From NCBI GenBank assembly GCA_051546255.1, contig CP128819.1, positions 248,001 through 312,000 of the forward strand: a stretch of DNA of 64,000 nt, read 5' to 3'. This document shows positions 23,604-34,825 of this stretch, one piece after another (position 1 is the first letter of the stretch; each line of letters opens with the position of its first letter). The translations under genes were made by a program, and so were the position numbers. The notes under the pieces were generated by a model. The model searched no databases. It worked only from the letters and a program-made list of their open reading frames with translations, and was not told the DNA's origin. This DNA comes from Meyerozyma guilliermondii. Its lineage: Eukaryota.

Positions 23604-23658
23604 TTCCACAAAGTGTTCACAGAGTGTTCCACAAAGGTTCCACAAAGCGTTCCACGTG
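23604..23658. repeat. Five imperfect 11-12-bp tandem copies of TTCCACAAAG(T/C)G in the cyclin promoter
   Basis: ttccacaaagtg-ttcacagagtg-ttccacaaagg-ttccacaaagcg-ttccacgtg. Confidence 0.8.
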
Positions 23659-23805
23659 CCATTGGCTCCTCAAGAAGCCCATTTGGCGTTCCCCCCCGCT
23701 TCCAGCGTACCGTGCCGCACCCATCGTGACTTCGTTCTAGCCTTTGTGCACGCCTGGGTGTTCCTTCCTCCTGGTGCGCGAATCGCGGCGCCGCGACTGT
23801 GGAAC

Positions 23806-23845
23806 AAACGCGACATGGTCGCGTTTTACCGCAGCTTATATAAAA
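23806..23845 (+). promoter_or_regulatory. Inverted pair of MCB-like ACGCG elements followed by a TATA box
   Basis: aaacgcgac-atg-gtcgcgttt (perfect 9-bp arms, 23806-23826), then TATATAAA about 250 bp upstream of the cyclin ATG. Confidence 0.5.
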
Positions 23846-24091
23846 CCGGCCCTGTCTGCAATGCAGTGTGGTGGAGAAAACTGCCTTGGTTCTTATAGCT
23901 ATAATTTTTTTCGTTGAAGTAGTCACTGGAATCCTTTGGACTCTAACTCAGTCCTAGTCATTCGTTTATTTGTGTATTCTGGTGGTACTTCTTGCTATCC
24001 TTCTATCGGCATCTTTTGCTTCCACTATCCTTGCTCCGCTATCCTTTGCCGGTTCATCCCTTCCTCCAATTAAAGTTCACGTTCTGGTAAC

Positions 24092-25366
24092 ATGAATGAA
24101 CCCCGTCGCTATGGTCCTCCTCCCAGACAACCTCGGCAATATCCTGTAGTACTTGAGCTCTTGGAGGCTCGTGCAAACAAAAAACTTGTGGAAGAATACA
24201 AACCGGATATATGTGATGCTCTTGCCCACTTGGAAGCTTCCAGTGATATCAACCCAGCCATGATTGATTTGCAACCGGAAATTCAATGGTTTATGCGTCC
24301 CTTTCTTCTCGACTTCATCGTGGAACTTCATGCGTCTTTCAAACTTCAACCCCAAACTCTCTTTCGGTGTTTCAACGTCGTTGATCGATATTGCGCCAAG
24401 AGAATCGTGTTCAAGCGCCACTACCAGTTGGTGGGGTGCACGGCTTTGTGGATCGCTGCCAAATACGAGGACAAAAAGTCTCGGGTGCCTACTCTCAAAG
24501 AATTGTCGATTATGTGCCGCAACGCTTACGATGAAGAAATGTTCGTGCAGATGGAAAGACACATCTTGTCGACATTGGAATGGGCGCTTGGTCGTCCCAC
24601 ACTTGAGGAATGCCTCCAACTTTCCGTACAATACTTCATCGAAGACGCCGAGGGAACTCCGCAGCGCTACACCCGCCAGAATTCAGACGGTCCCAACTCG
24701 CTCAATTCGGCAGTGACAGCAGTGACCCGCTTCCTCTGTGAGCTCTCATTATACCACCGCGACTTCCTCGAGTTTCAAACGTCGCAGGTGGCCGCTACTG
24801 CCAATGTCATTGCGTGCTCCATGCTCCAAATTCCCAACGCCGCAAGACAATTGGAACGTATGATTGCTCTGCTCCGGCGCCAGCAACCCTCCAACGAAAA
24901 CCTGAGTCCTGAAGTCGTGGGTGCGTTTTTGAGTGGATTTGACAATGGAACAATCGACAATCTTCGCAAAATCACCCTTTTATTCGCATACGCATTAAAA
25001 AACATCACCGATGTGTTGTCGACCAAGTACAAGGCGCTTGGTGTCCTCCAGGTGGTTCAGAACTTTATCATACGTAACAGCGCACTTACGGAAACATTAG
25101 GTGACGACTTTAATCCTTCTGATGCCTCCATGACTGCAGTAGCTGATTATTTCTTGGGATTGACTTATGTCACTGGACCCAAGAGAAATTCTCTCAGCAT
25201 CGACAACATGACCCCAATCACCCCACCATCCACATCGAGATCAATTTTCTCAGAAGTGCCATCCTCATCACCTCCTTTGCATACACCGGGACTGGGCCAG
25301 TTATATGCGTATACGCCCAAGCAAATTTCGCCCCAAATCGCTTCCAACTTTGCATACTACCCTTAA
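24092..25366 (+). CDS. CCN1: G1 cyclin (Ccn1/Cln type)
   Basis: Cyclin box [19 protein letters not shown]...[30 protein letters not shown], plus an S/T-P-rich PEST tail. Follows CCT7, as recalled for C. albicans. Confidence 0.82.
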   Translation: MNEPRRYGPPPRQPRQYPVVLELLEARANKKLVEEYKPDICDALAHLEASSDINPAMIDLQPEIQWFMRPFLLDFIVELHASFKLQPQTLFRCFNVVDRYCAKRIVFKRHYQLVGCTALWIAAKYEDKKSRVPTLKELSIMCRNAYDEEMFVQMERHILSTLEWALGRPTLEECLQLSVQYFIEDAEGTPQRYTRQNSDGPNSLNSAVTAVTRFLCELSLYHRDFLEFQTSQVAATANVIACSMLQIPNAARQLERMIALLRRQQPSNENLSPEVVGAFLSGFDNGTIDNLRKITLLFAYALKNITDVLSTKYKALGVLQVVQNFIIRNSALTETLGDDFNPSDASMTAVADYFLGLTYVTGPKRNSLSIDNMTPITPPSTSRSIFSEVPSSSPPLHTPGLGQLYAYTPKQISPQIASNFAYYP

Positions 25367-25441
25367 ATAAAAGTAATACAGAATACCCCAACATCTAACT
25401 CTGCTCTACCCACTGTGCGTCGCGTGCTTTTCGCAACCATA

Positions 25442-25457
25442 TTTCCTATTTCGGACG
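25442..25457. promoter_or_regulatory. Candidate Mcm1 (CArG-like) site upstream of myosin II
   Basis: TTTCC-TATTTC-GGAC matches CC(N6)GG. MYO1 is a G2/M (CLB2-cluster) gene in S. cerevisiae. Confidence 0.35.
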
Positions 25458-25875
25458 GTTGCACAGGGTTCCGTTTCGTGCAGTACAAGTTTTCTCTAGG
25501 ACAACCAAACATAAAAGATTCAAAAATAGACAAGAGAAGATATTGTCAAGAACGCACTTGACAGCTAAGTGAAGCATTCTGGAATTGCGACAACTCAATT
25601 TTTTTTGTAGCTTGAATAATTTCTAGCTGAAATAGCTCCATGAGCGAGAATCGGTAATTTCACCAAAATTGCTAATCCTTCGTCTTTTCTGTTGCAGCTT
25701 ACACCCAAAACTATCGGATCAGCCAAAACCTGAAGGCTTCTATCTCTCTTCTTGGTACCTTCTCTGCACCCGTACACCATTACGCGACTCATTGTTTACC
25801 TTTTTCCTGCACGCATCCTGTACGCTCTCTTCTGATACAACAAACACAGCCAGATCATCCCTATACTTTACAATC

Positions 25876-28800
25876 ATGCCCGCTGACGACGACGGCTTCA
25901 GCGACAAAAATTGGGTATGGGTACCCGATGGGAACAATTTTTTCGATAAAGGTTACATCACAGATTATCTTTCCGATGGAAAGTGTCGAGTAAAAGTCGT
26001 CAAAAATGGAAGCCAAGAATCCATTCTCGAAGTTGAAAGTAAAACTTTGGAGAACTGTAATCCTCCCAAATTCAATAAATGTGACGATATGGCCGAACTC
26101 ACCCATTTGAACGAGCCTTCTGTGGTTTACAACTTGTTTCTACGTTATAACGACGACCTTATATATACCTATTCGGGACTTTTTTTGGTAGCCATTAACC
26201 CCTATAAGGTGTTGCCGATCTACGAGGATGCTATGCTCAAGCAATACCAGACTCAACCTTCAAAGTCCCAGCGCTCACCCTCCTCAATGTCGCTTTCTTC
26301 AGCGTTATCCTCGTCTCCACAACCGCCAATGGCCATTGATAACTCAGTTCCGGCTCCTCATATTTTCGCTACAGCTGAGAACACCTTCAAAAATCTCCTT
26401 GCCAACAAAAAGGACCAGTCGATTTTGGTCACGGGAGAGAGTGGTGCTGGTAAGACCGAGAATACCAAAAGAATCATCCAGTACCTCTCTTCAACCACAA
26501 ACAGAAGAGCGCCGTCGCTGAGCTCTAGCGAAGCCTCAACGGTCCATCCATCCATTGACACAAAGATATTGCAGGCGAATCCCATACTTGAGAGCTTTGG
26601 TAATGCTAAGACCATCAAGAATAACAACTCCTCGCGGTTTGGAAAGTTCATCAAGATCTACTTTTCGTCTCAAGGTTCAATTAGTGGTGCCACCATAGAC
26701 TACTATCTTCTTGAAAAGTCCAGAGTCGTGACCCAAGCTGCCGAAGAACGAAACTACCATATCTTCTATCAATTCCTTAAAGGCGCGGACCAGACTCTCT
26801 TAACGAAACTCAAGTTGAGTCGTGACTTGTCCCAGTTTCGGTACTTGTCTCATCCCAATGTTAACATCCCAAAAACTGACGACAAGAAAGAGTTCATGCA
26901 GCTTACTGACTCTCTCAAGATAATGGAATTTACAACCGAGGAAACCGACGACTTGTTCTCGACTCTTGCAGCAATACTACACATGGGAAATCTTGATTTT
27001 ACCTCATGGACGTCAGAACAGGCTACCTTCAGTAGCGGCTCTCCTGTGGATATCGTGGCTGAACTCTTGGGCATCTCGAAGCTGGATCTTAGTGAAAATA
27101 TGCTCCATCCCAAAGTTCGAGCCGGCCGTGAGGTTATGCAAAAACTGAAGAAAGCGTCAGAAGCCAAGTTTACCATAGACGCATTTGCTAAATATCTTTA
27201 CGAAAGGATATTCCAGTACATTATCGATCGGATCAACCAGAACTTGCAATTCGATCCATCCAACGACCAAATGAATTTTATCGGAGTCCTCGACATTGCA
27301 GGATTTGAAATCTTCGAAAACAACTCCTTCGAGCAACTATGCATCAATTACACAAACGAAAAGTTGCAACAATTCTTCAACCATCACTCTTTCATTTTAG
27401 AACAAAGTGAATATCTACGCGAGGATATTCAATGGGAGTTCATTGACTTTGGACAAGATCTTCAACCGACGATTGATTTGATAGAGAAGCGAAACCCTGC
27501 GGGAATCCTTCAGATTCTTGATGAAGCCTGCATCATGCCAAAGTCTACCGATAAGATGTTCATGGAAAAACTTGCAAGCCTGTGGGCTCGAGGTAAGAGT
27601 GAAAAGTTTCAGCAAAATAAACTTAAGAGCGGTTTTATTGTGAAACATTACGCAGGTGATGTGGAGTACCAGGTTGACGACTGGCTCCAAAAGAACACTG
27701 ACCCCGTTAGTGAGAACATGCTCTCCCTCATGAAAACATCCAAGAATCCATTTTTGAAACAGTTGTTCGAAAGTGCAGTTTCATCCACAGCCACAAGCAA
27801 GAAGAAGCCTGTCCTGAGGTCATCAGCTAAGAAACATAAAGAGCAATTGGCCTCCTTGATGAATCAATTAGAGTTGACCGAGCCTCATTTCGTTCGTTGT
27901 ATCTTACCCAATCTTGACAAAAAGCCAAATAAGTTTGACAAGACCCTCGTATTACATCAATTACGATGCAATGGTGTCCTTGAAGGTATCAGAATCACCC
28001 GGGCCGGGTATCCGAACAGAATGACTTTTGCCGATTTCTTGGAAAGGTACTCGATTCTCAACAAACGAGAAGTTTTCACAAAGAATGCTAAAGGCAATTG
28101 TGAGATAATCCTCAAGGCCACAGATCTCGATCTCGAATGCTACAAAGTGGGTATTACAAAGATCTTTTTCAAGAACGGTATATTGGGTAAACTTGAAGAG
28201 CTTCGTGATCTTTGCTTGAAGGGTATATTCTCGTCTTTCCAAAGTGTCATTCGTGGAAATCTTGCTAGAAAAACAATTAAAGGGGAAATTGCTCGTATTC
28301 AAGCATCGCAAGTGATTGCGAAAACATTCAAATCTTTCGACCAAGCAAGAGAGAACAACTCATGGTTTAGATTGTTTGTTCACGTCAAGCCTCTTCTCGA
28401 AGAATCTGTCAAAGTTTTGGACACCAAAGAGATGAACGACAACTTGAAGTCGCTAAACTTAAAATTAAAAGAGGTGGAACTGACGAAAGCTGGTCTCGAA
28501 AGTGACAACGAAAAGCTTCGCAAACGAATGGAACAACTCGAGGCAGAGGTTATCGACGTTACAGAAATGGTGAAAAGCAAGGACGAGAAGCTAGAGAAAT
28601 TGGCAAGAGATGAGGCGAAGAAATCCTTGCGGTTAGAAGACGTCGAATCAAAAATGAAGAGCTTGAAGAAAGAAAAGGAAAAGCTCTCTGAGGAGAAAAG
28701 TAATCTTGAAAAGCAGCTTGCCGAAACACAAAAAGAGGTTCAGACTTTAAAAGCAGCCATGGCTGAATCTGAGAGCGACCAGAAGAAGCACGCACAAGTT

Positions 28801-31731
28801 GTAAATGCCCTCAAGAGCAAGATCGAGGCAAACGAGACCAAAAACAACCTACTCAAGGAGGAAATCAAACGAATGAAGGATGATCACGAGAGAGGCTTTC
28901 GGGAATCGAAATCAGAAATGTCAGATCTTGAGCAGTTTAACACCCAGCTTAAAGATGAAATAGAGCTCCACAAGTCGAAACACGCAACTCTTCAAGACGA
29001 ACTCGACGAAATGAAGTCAAGGAATGATCACCTCAGAGAAGCAAGTGAAAAGCATAAAACACTAGCTACTGAGAACTCCTCTTTATTGGCAAAGATAGAG
29101 TCTTTGGAAGAGATCATGAAAAAGAAGAACATTGACTATGAGGAAAAAACTGGTGATTTGAATGTGAAGCTGCAGCGGATCTCCGAGCTTGAAAAGGAAC
29201 TCAAGAAGAGCGATTCTGAGCAAGAAAGGCTCCGCCGTGAGATAACGAGAGCTGAATCGACTCAAACTGACCTAAAGAAGCAGGTATCTCGTCTTGAACA
29301 AGCTGTTAAGGATAAAGATTCAGACATTGGGAAACTAAAAAGTGAGATGGCTATTTTGAGCTCAGAACTTAAGACAAAAAAGAAAGACGAGGCTCTCCTA
29401 TCAAAGCAGCAAGAGCAACTTGCAGCATCACTTGAAGACATCAAGTCTCTTCAAAAGAAGCTTAGATCTTCTACTGACGAGAACGATAGCTTGAAGTCGC
29501 AAATTGAAAGGCTTTCGGTGGATGCTGAGACAAACAAGAAGACAACATCGACATACAGCAACGAAATCATTAGCTTACGGAAACAGGTGAGCGAGCTTGA
29601 ACAGTCACAACAAAACTCCGAAAATTCAAAAGAGAACCAGCCTCCAGATGCTGCTTTTGTTGACGAATTTGCAAGTATGAAATTGAAACTAAACGAACTG
29701 ACTGCGCTGCTTCGTAAAGAAAAGTTCGAAAATCGCCGTCTTGTGGAGGAAATTAGTCTTTTGAAGGAAAGATTATCATCAGGAGTACCGTCGCCAAGAA
29801 AGGATTCGTATCTCAACAGAAGATCGTTAGCAATAGGGGAATCACCACAAAAATCACTCTCAAGTTGGCAAGATGGTGAGCGAGAAGTTGAGACACTCAA
29901 GGCACAACTTGAGCACGCAGAGAGCAACTACCAAAAGGCCGAGCATTATGCCATTGAGTTACAAAAGAAGTTAAACAAGCTACAATCCATTCGTTCTCTG
30001 GATACAACGAACGACTACGAAAGGAAATTCAAGGAATCCCAAGCACGTATTCAAGAGCTTGAGCAGATTGCAGCAAATTGGATAGGTGAACAAGATCTCG
30101 ATAATTCTCGAGACAGTATCCCAAAAAGTGAAAGTTTTGGAGGATCGAGCTTGATAAACAAGACACTTGTGAGTGCCAATAGTGATTTTGTCAAGATTTA
30201 CAGGGATATTACTCGTACCTTAAAATCGACCAGAGAGGAGCTCTCAGCGTCCAAGTCAGAAATCTTGAGACTTAAAGCGTTGTTGAAGGAGTCTGAGGAC
30301 GAGCTATACGATTCAAAACGGCTGTCATTGAAGTCTTCTGTGGGTAAGTTTGAAGATGAGCTTGCCCAACTCAGAGTCAAATATGAAAATGTGCTGAGCA
30401 GAAACACTGATTTGAGCAAGAATGTGGAGGTCTTCAAGAGGAGGTCAGAAGAGTATTTCCAAAAGCTAGAACTATCCGAATCTGCCGTCAAGCTTTCAAA
30501 GCGGCATGAGGATATAGCCAAGCAAGAACTTTCGGATGCTAAAACTAAGTTAAATCTAGCAAGAGAAGAAGCCAGGGCTACTCAAATCATTGTGAAGGAC
30601 CTCAGAAAGCAGAGTTCCGCTTTGGAGACAACCATCAGTGATAAAGAGCATGAGATCAAACTGTTGAAAAGCATGATAATGGACCTAAAAGATAAGCTCA
30701 ACTATTACAATCGCAATTATGAGAACAAAGCACAACAGGAAAAGTATAAGGAGGACATTCGCATGCTTCACAAAGACCTTCATTTCAAGACAGAAACCGA
30801 GACTCGCTTGATCAAGGAGAACAAAAACCTTCTTCTTGACTGTGAAGATTTGAAGCGTGAAAGGCAGGCATTGGAGGAAGATCTCGAGTCGTCCACAAAA
30901 GCTTTACTTGAGTTGCAAGACTCTAATGAGGTGCTCACCAGAAAGCTTAGAGTCTTAGATAACGAAAAGAACCAGCAAGACAAGAAGATTGGTAACTTGT
31001 CGAAACAAATTGTGTCTATGAAGGAACTCATCGCCGACATAACACTTCAGCGTGACAATCTTATGTCGAAAAAGGCTGAATTGGAAGAGGAAATTCTGAC
31101 ACTAACGAGTGACCTAGAGGCAACCAAATCAACCTTGGAAGAAACAAGAAGTGACTTGAGTCTTTTGCGTGAGCATTTGGACAATCAAAGGGAAGTCTCT
31201 GACAGCATCAAACTGGAATTGAACCAGTCTAAGATCTCTTCTGCAAAGGAAAGCCAGGAACTTCAGAACTTGCGCAAAGAGATTTTGGTTACGGCGGAAG
31301 AGAATGAGTCGTTGAAGAAGGTGACTAAAGATCTTGGACAAAAAGTGCATGAATTGGAGGAGAAGTTGTATACAAACGAACAGCTCAAATACTGGGAATC
31401 AAAGGTTGCTGACCTTAGCAGAGAGTTGAAGGCATCCAAGGACGTGCATCACGAATCCATCAAGAATATCAAAGAGCTCGAGAGAGCTAAAAGAGCATTG
31501 GAGATTCAGGTTCAGAACGAGTCGAGTTTGAGTAAGAGATACAATGACGAGAATTTCGAATTTCAAAACCAGGTTAATCGTTTGAAGAGTTCACTTGATA
31601 TTCTTCATGCGGAGAGTCTGGAGAAGGATCTTGCGTTGAAGACGGCCCAACGTGATAATGAGGAAATGAGGGATAGAATGGAAGGAATGGAACGCGAATT
31701 GAGGCAGCTTCGGAGTCAAGTTGGTATCTAG
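25876..31731 (+). CDS. MYO1: Type II myosin heavy chain
   Basis: NPPKFNKCDDMAELTHLNEPSV, P-loop GESGAGKT, NNNSSRFGKF, DIAGFE, QLRCNGVLEGIRI and a long heptad coiled-coil tail. ATG 25876 (MPADDDG) is preferred over TTG 25669. Confidence 0.95.
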   Translation: MPADDDGFSDKNWVWVPDGNNFFDKGYITDYLSDGKCRVKVVKNGSQESILEVESKTLENCNPPKFNKCDDMAELTHLNEPSVVYNLFLRYNDDLIYTYSGLFLVAINPYKVLPIYEDAMLKQYQTQPSKSQRSPSSMSLSSALSSSPQPPMAIDNSVPAPHIFATAENTFKNLLANKKDQSILVTGESGAGKTENTKRIIQYLSSTTNRRAPSLSSSEASTVHPSIDTKILQANPILESFGNAKTIKNNNSSRFGKFIKIYFSSQGSISGATIDYYLLEKSRVVTQAAEERNYHIFYQFLKGADQTLLTKLKLSRDLSQFRYLSHPNVNIPKTDDKKEFMQLTDSLKIMEFTTEETDDLFSTLAAILHMGNLDFTSWTSEQATFSSGSPVDIVAELLGISKLDLSENMLHPKVRAGREVMQKLKKASEAKFTIDAFAKYLYERIFQYIIDRINQNLQFDPSNDQMNFIGVLDIAGFEIFENNSFEQLCINYTNEKLQQFFNHHSFILEQSEYLREDIQWEFIDFGQDLQPTIDLIEKRNPAGILQILDEACIMPKSTDKMFMEKLASLWARGKSEKFQQNKLKSGFIVKHYAGDVEYQVDDWLQKNTDPVSENMLSLMKTSKNPFLKQLFESAVSSTATSKKKPVLRSSAKKHKEQLASLMNQLELTEPHFVRCILPNLDKKPNKFDKTLVLHQLRCNGVLEGIRITRAGYPNRMTFADFLERYSILNKREVFTKNAKGNCEIILKATDLDLECYKVGITKIFFKNGILGKLEELRDLCLKGIFSSFQSVIRGNLARKTIKGEIARIQASQVIAKTFKSFDQARENNSWFRLFVHVKPLLEESVKVLDTKEMNDNLKSLNLKLKEVELTKAGLESDNEKLRKRMEQLEAEVIDVTEMVKSKDEKLEKLARDEAKKSLRLEDVESKMKSLKKEKEKLSEEKSNLEKQLAETQKEVQTLKAAMAESESDQKKHAQVVNALKSKIEANETKNNLLKEEIKRMKDDHERGFRESKSEMSDLEQFNTQLKDEIELHKSKHATLQDELDEMKSRNDHLREASEKHKTLATENSSLLAKIESLEEIMKKKNIDYEEKTGDLNVKLQRISELEKELKKSDSEQERLRREITRAESTQTDLKKQVSRLEQAVKDKDSDIGKLKSEMAILSSELKTKKKDEALLSKQQEQLAASLEDIKSLQKKLRSSTDENDSLKSQIERLSVDAETNKKTTSTYSNEIISLRKQVSELEQSQQNSENSKENQPPDAAFVDEFASMKLKLNELTALLRKEKFENRRLVEEISLLKERLSSGVPSPRKDSYLNRRSLAIGESPQKSLSSWQDGEREVETLKAQLEHAESNYQKAEHYAIELQKKLNKLQSIRSLDTTNDYERKFKESQARIQELEQIAANWIGEQDLDNSRDSIPKSESFGGSSLINKTLVSANSDFVKIYRDITRTLKSTREELSASKSEILRLKALLKESEDELYDSKRLSLKSSVGKFEDELAQLRVKYENVLSRNTDLSKNVEVFKRRSEEYFQKLELSESAVKLSKRHEDIAKQELSDAKTKLNLAREEARATQIIVKDLRKQSSALETTISDKEHEIKLLKSMIMDLKDKLNYYNRNYENKAQQEKYKEDIRMLHKDLHFKTETETRLIKENKNLLLDCEDLKRERQALEEDLESSTKALLELQDSNEVLTRKLRVLDNEKNQQDKKIGNLSKQIVSMKELIADITLQRDNLMSKKAELEEEILTLTSDLEATKSTLEETRSDLSLLREHLDNQREVSDSIKLELNQSKISSAKESQELQNLRKEILVTAEENESLKKVTKDLGQKVHELEEKLYTNEQLKYWESKVADLSRELKASKDVHHESIKNIKELERAKRALEIQVQNESSLSKRYNDENFEFQNQVNRLKSSLDILHAESLEKDLALKTAQRDNEEMRDRMEGMERELRQLRSQVGI

Positions 31732-31787
31732 TTGATTAGATTATGTACATTATACAACGCAAGCTGGCAGTAGAGATTTCGAGATAA

Positions 31788-33338
31788 TCAGAACCACCTT
31801 CCAAAGCGCTTTGGTTTTCCGGAGTCGGAGATTTCTCTAGGCTCCTCGAGGGGAGGTGAGCTGTATTTACCCAAGCCAAAGTGACGCAAAATAAACTCGA
31901 CATCCCCAAAGGCAGATCTATCACCTTGCATCACCACCGATGGTAATCCTGAGCTTACTCCTTTAGTTACAACATTTCCCGTAAGCACCTTTTCTGCTGT
32001 GCGACGAAGATCTTCGACAGTCAACTTTTCAATTTTTGCAATCATTTCGTCCACACTTGTCAACTTGTTTTGACATTGTATTTGTCTTCCCAAATCCTCT
32101 AAAGCAGCGAGCTTGCTTTCTACATTCATAAGAAGCGAGCTGATGAGTTGGTTCTTGGCTCTCTTCACTTCCTTTTCAGTAAGGCCACCTTGAGCGGTGT
32201 CTTTTTCTAACAATTTGGAAAGTTCGAAGCATATGATTTGGGACATGACATGAGCAGCATTTGGGGCGCAAGATATAGTCACACCAAAGAGTCCTGAGTC
32301 GATGTAGGAATGGTTGAAACATGAACAGTTTTCGACGAATGCATATTGGTTGAGTACACGAGTGTACAATCTAGAGAACATTCCCTTTCCGGGACCACCG
32401 GCTGAGAACGAAGAACCACCACCTAGAAGCTTCTGTAAAGTAGCGAGAGCATATAGGTCATCATTCAAGAGTCCTGTGGTCTCAAAAGCAATTTGCATAT
32501 GGTAGAGTTCTGGCAAGTTGGAAGCCATAGGTGGTTCATATGGAAGCGAGAGCTCTCCGCCGGTATAATTAACGGTTCCCAACTCTGGAGTTTCGTTTGT
32601 GGCTCGTTTCCAGTCACCTAGTTGAGATTGTACTAAATTAACAGCATGATTGTGGTCCACCCCAACCATGGCGATGACAGTATTTTGAGGCTGGAAAAAC
32701 TTACGATGGTATCCAACCACCTCGTCCCTCCCTATCTCTGAAATTCTATCTGGGGGGCAGTAGAGTGGGAGACCAAGAGTGTTATTTGAATAAGCAGCTG
32801 CATGCAACACTTCTGGAAGAAACATATCGTATTTGTGGGAGATTTCATTCGATTCGTAGTCTGCAGTTTGAAGGGTTTCGATCACCTCCTGGTCCGTCAT
32901 CTTTGGGGCCCTAATCGTCTGGGAAATGCAGTCAAACATCTTATCGAGGTCTTTATTAAACACCGATGCTTGGTATATCATCGATTCTCTTTGAGCGGAA
33001 CACATAAAATTGCCACCTAACTTGGTCAAATTCTCTATCATCTCGACACCAGTGTACTTTTCCGTGGACCTCCATGCTAAACGGTCTACAATGTGTGATA
33101 AACCGGGGGTTTCAGGATCTTCGTATCGAGAACCGGCATCGACGTAAGCTCCGAGAGCACTGAAATGACCTGGGGTTGAGTCTGTGACAACCCTCACACC
33201 ATTCAATAGTGTTGTCATTTGTACATTAGGCGCATTCAACGTTTTTGTGGAAAGATTAGCTCTCTGGAGGCGACTTAACCTGCCATATCGAGCTAGCATT
33301 GTGGCGCAAAGAGTAAGCTGCAGCCTGGAAATTTTCAT
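31788..33338 (-). CDS. MAS2: Mitochondrial processing peptidase alpha subunit
   Basis: DAGSRYE, degenerate zinc site HIVDRLAW, glycine-rich loop GGGSSFSAGGPGKGMFSRLY. The real start may be ATG 33299 (MLARYGR). Confidence 0.94.
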   Translation of the reverse strand: MKISRLQLTLCATMLARYGRLSRLQRANLSTKTLNAPNVQMTTLLNGVRVVTDSTPGHFSALGAYVDAGSRYEDPETPGLSHIVDRLAWRSTEKYTGVEMIENLTKLGGNFMCSAQRESMIYQASVFNKDLDKMFDCISQTIRAPKMTDQEVIETLQTADYESNEISHKYDMFLPEVLHAAAYSNNTLGLPLYCPPDRISEIGRDEVVGYHRKFFQPQNTVIAMVGVDHNHAVNLVQSQLGDWKRATNETPELGTVNYTGGELSLPYEPPMASNLPELYHMQIAFETTGLLNDDLYALATLQKLLGGGSSFSAGGPGKGMFSRLYTRVLNQYAFVENCSCFNHSYIDSGLFGVTISCAPNAAHVMSQIICFELSKLLEKDTAQGGLTEKEVKRAKNQLISSLLMNVESKLAALEDLGRQIQCQNKLTSVDEMIAKIEKLTVEDLRRTAEKVLTGNVVTKGVSSGLPSVVMQGDRSAFGDVEFILRHFGLGKYSSPPLEEPREISDSGKPKRFGRWF

Positions 33339-33403
33339 GAACTTTGTAACCGTGTATTACATAAGCGGAGCGACTAATTTACAGGTTTCAAAGCTGCAAA
33401 AAG

Positions 33404-34687
33404 TCAAGTATTGATGAATCTAATTACTGGGTGGTAGTAGATGGGACAAGACCAATAGGACCGTTTGACGTCATCCCATACGGAAGTTCCTCCCTTCTCT
33501 TTTGTGAGTGTGGATTTGGGCACTGGGACATTACTGAAGGTGCAAGCAAGGCCATAGTCACCAAGATCTATAGGAACGAGAGCCTTATAAACATCGTATA
33601 CCACTTTCCTATCAGCCCCGAGGCCATTGAAAAAAGAAAATGTTCCACCAGGCTTCAAAAGTCCCACGACAAAATCAAAGAGCTCAAGCATGTCTTCGTA
33701 GTGTTCGGAGAATGTGTCGTAATAGACGCCGTCAAAGTAGACTCCACCACTGGACAAAAGTTCAGAGAGTTTTTCTTGCCAGCGTCCTTCTAGGACCACA
33801 ACATTAGGTTTGTCGTACCAACCGTCTTGACGCAACTTTTTCAAGACGTCTGGGTGGGCCTCACATATATAGTGCTTGTGAGGGTTCTTGTTCTGTATCA
33901 TTGTATCAATAATGCCCATTCCAAACCCTATGTTTAGGATTACTGGTTCTTCTTCAGCAGAACTGAAGAGACTTTCACATCCGAGTCTCATAAGTTCTGT
34001 TTCCCACGACATCATGACACCGTCTTTTTGTGACTTTGTGATGAGCGAGTCACCAGCGTACTCCAAGGGAGTCTCGAGGTATGTTTTTTGATCGCCGGCG
34101 GGATCTTCAGGTGAATTGGAAGCAGTAGAAGCTTCCACTTTCTTTTCGTTTTGGTCCTCGACTTCATTTTGTTCGTTTTCGTTTTCGTTTTGTTCGTTTT
34201 CGTCTTCATTTTCGTCTTCTATTTCGTCAATCTCCTCCAAAAATTCCACCCCGCCGTCATTAATCTTGCGCAACAAAAGCTCCGCTCTTACCCCCGCGTC
34301 CACGATCTGCTGGTACAATTGAGTGTCCAGAAGTCCTCTGTTGTTCAAAATGCAACCTGGAGTATGGCCATTGGGGTCAACAAGACTCCAGCCGGCTCCG
34401 AACTCGAAAAGAGTCAGCACCATCTGCAGGACCACCTCGAGCTCTTCTTTCGCCAAGTCATTTGGCACATGGGCGCAGATGACATGTAACGGCGTAGTAT
34501 CGCCAGCAACCTCCACCTCGGGACTCGGCGCCGCACCGCCGTTTTCGTCTTCTGCCTCGACCTTTTTCGCCTCTTCCACGGTGTACGTGGCAGGCACTCC
34601 AGCCCTCAAGAATGCTCTGAGTGCCTCGAGCGAGTCTTGTGTGACCGGGCGTGCCGGAAACCGGCATAATTCGTGCATCGCCGACAT
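33404..34687 (-). CDS. RMT2: Type IV protein arginine methyltransferase
   Basis: Ankyrin-like TTPLHVIC, GVMMSWE, ILNIGFGMGIIDT, FDGVYYDTFSEHY, FSFFNGLGAD. Start placed at ATG 34687; an upstream in-frame ATG exists at 34759. Confidence 0.92.
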   Translation of the reverse strand: MSAMHELCRFPARPVTQDSLEALRAFLRAGVPATYTVEEAKKVEAEDENGGAAPSPEVEVAGDTTPLHVICAHVPNDLAKEELEVVLQMVLTLFEFGAGWSLVDPNGHTPGCILNNRGLLDTQLYQQIVDAGVRAELLLRKINDGGVEFLEEIDEIEDENEDENEQNENENEQNEVEDQNEKKVEASTASNSPEDPAGDQKTYLETPLEYAGDSLITKSQKDGVMMSWETELMRLGCESLFSSAEEEPVILNIGFGMGIIDTMIQNKNPHKHYICEAHPDVLKKLRQDGWYDKPNVVVLEGRWQEKLSELLSSGGVYFDGVYYDTFSEHYEDMLELFDFVVGLLKPGGTFSFFNGLGADRKVVYDVYKALVPIDLGDYGLACTFSNVPVPKSTLTKEKGGTSVWDDVKRSYWSCPIYYHPVIRFINT

Positions 34688-34825
34688 TGGGTAACCAAGG
34701 TGTTTCCGTGATGAGATGACTTTGGTGGTGTACGGAAGCGCGCGCGGGTGCAAAATCATACGATCGTGCGCAGCAAATTCCGTTACTGGGTATAAGGCAA
34801 TGTTGGACCATGGGTGAGTTCAAGC

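Noticed and set aside
23264..23926. ORFs of 64-132 aa upstream of the cyclin
   Set aside because: They lie in GC-rich promoter DNA, span the tandem repeat and TATA box, and show no protein-like features.
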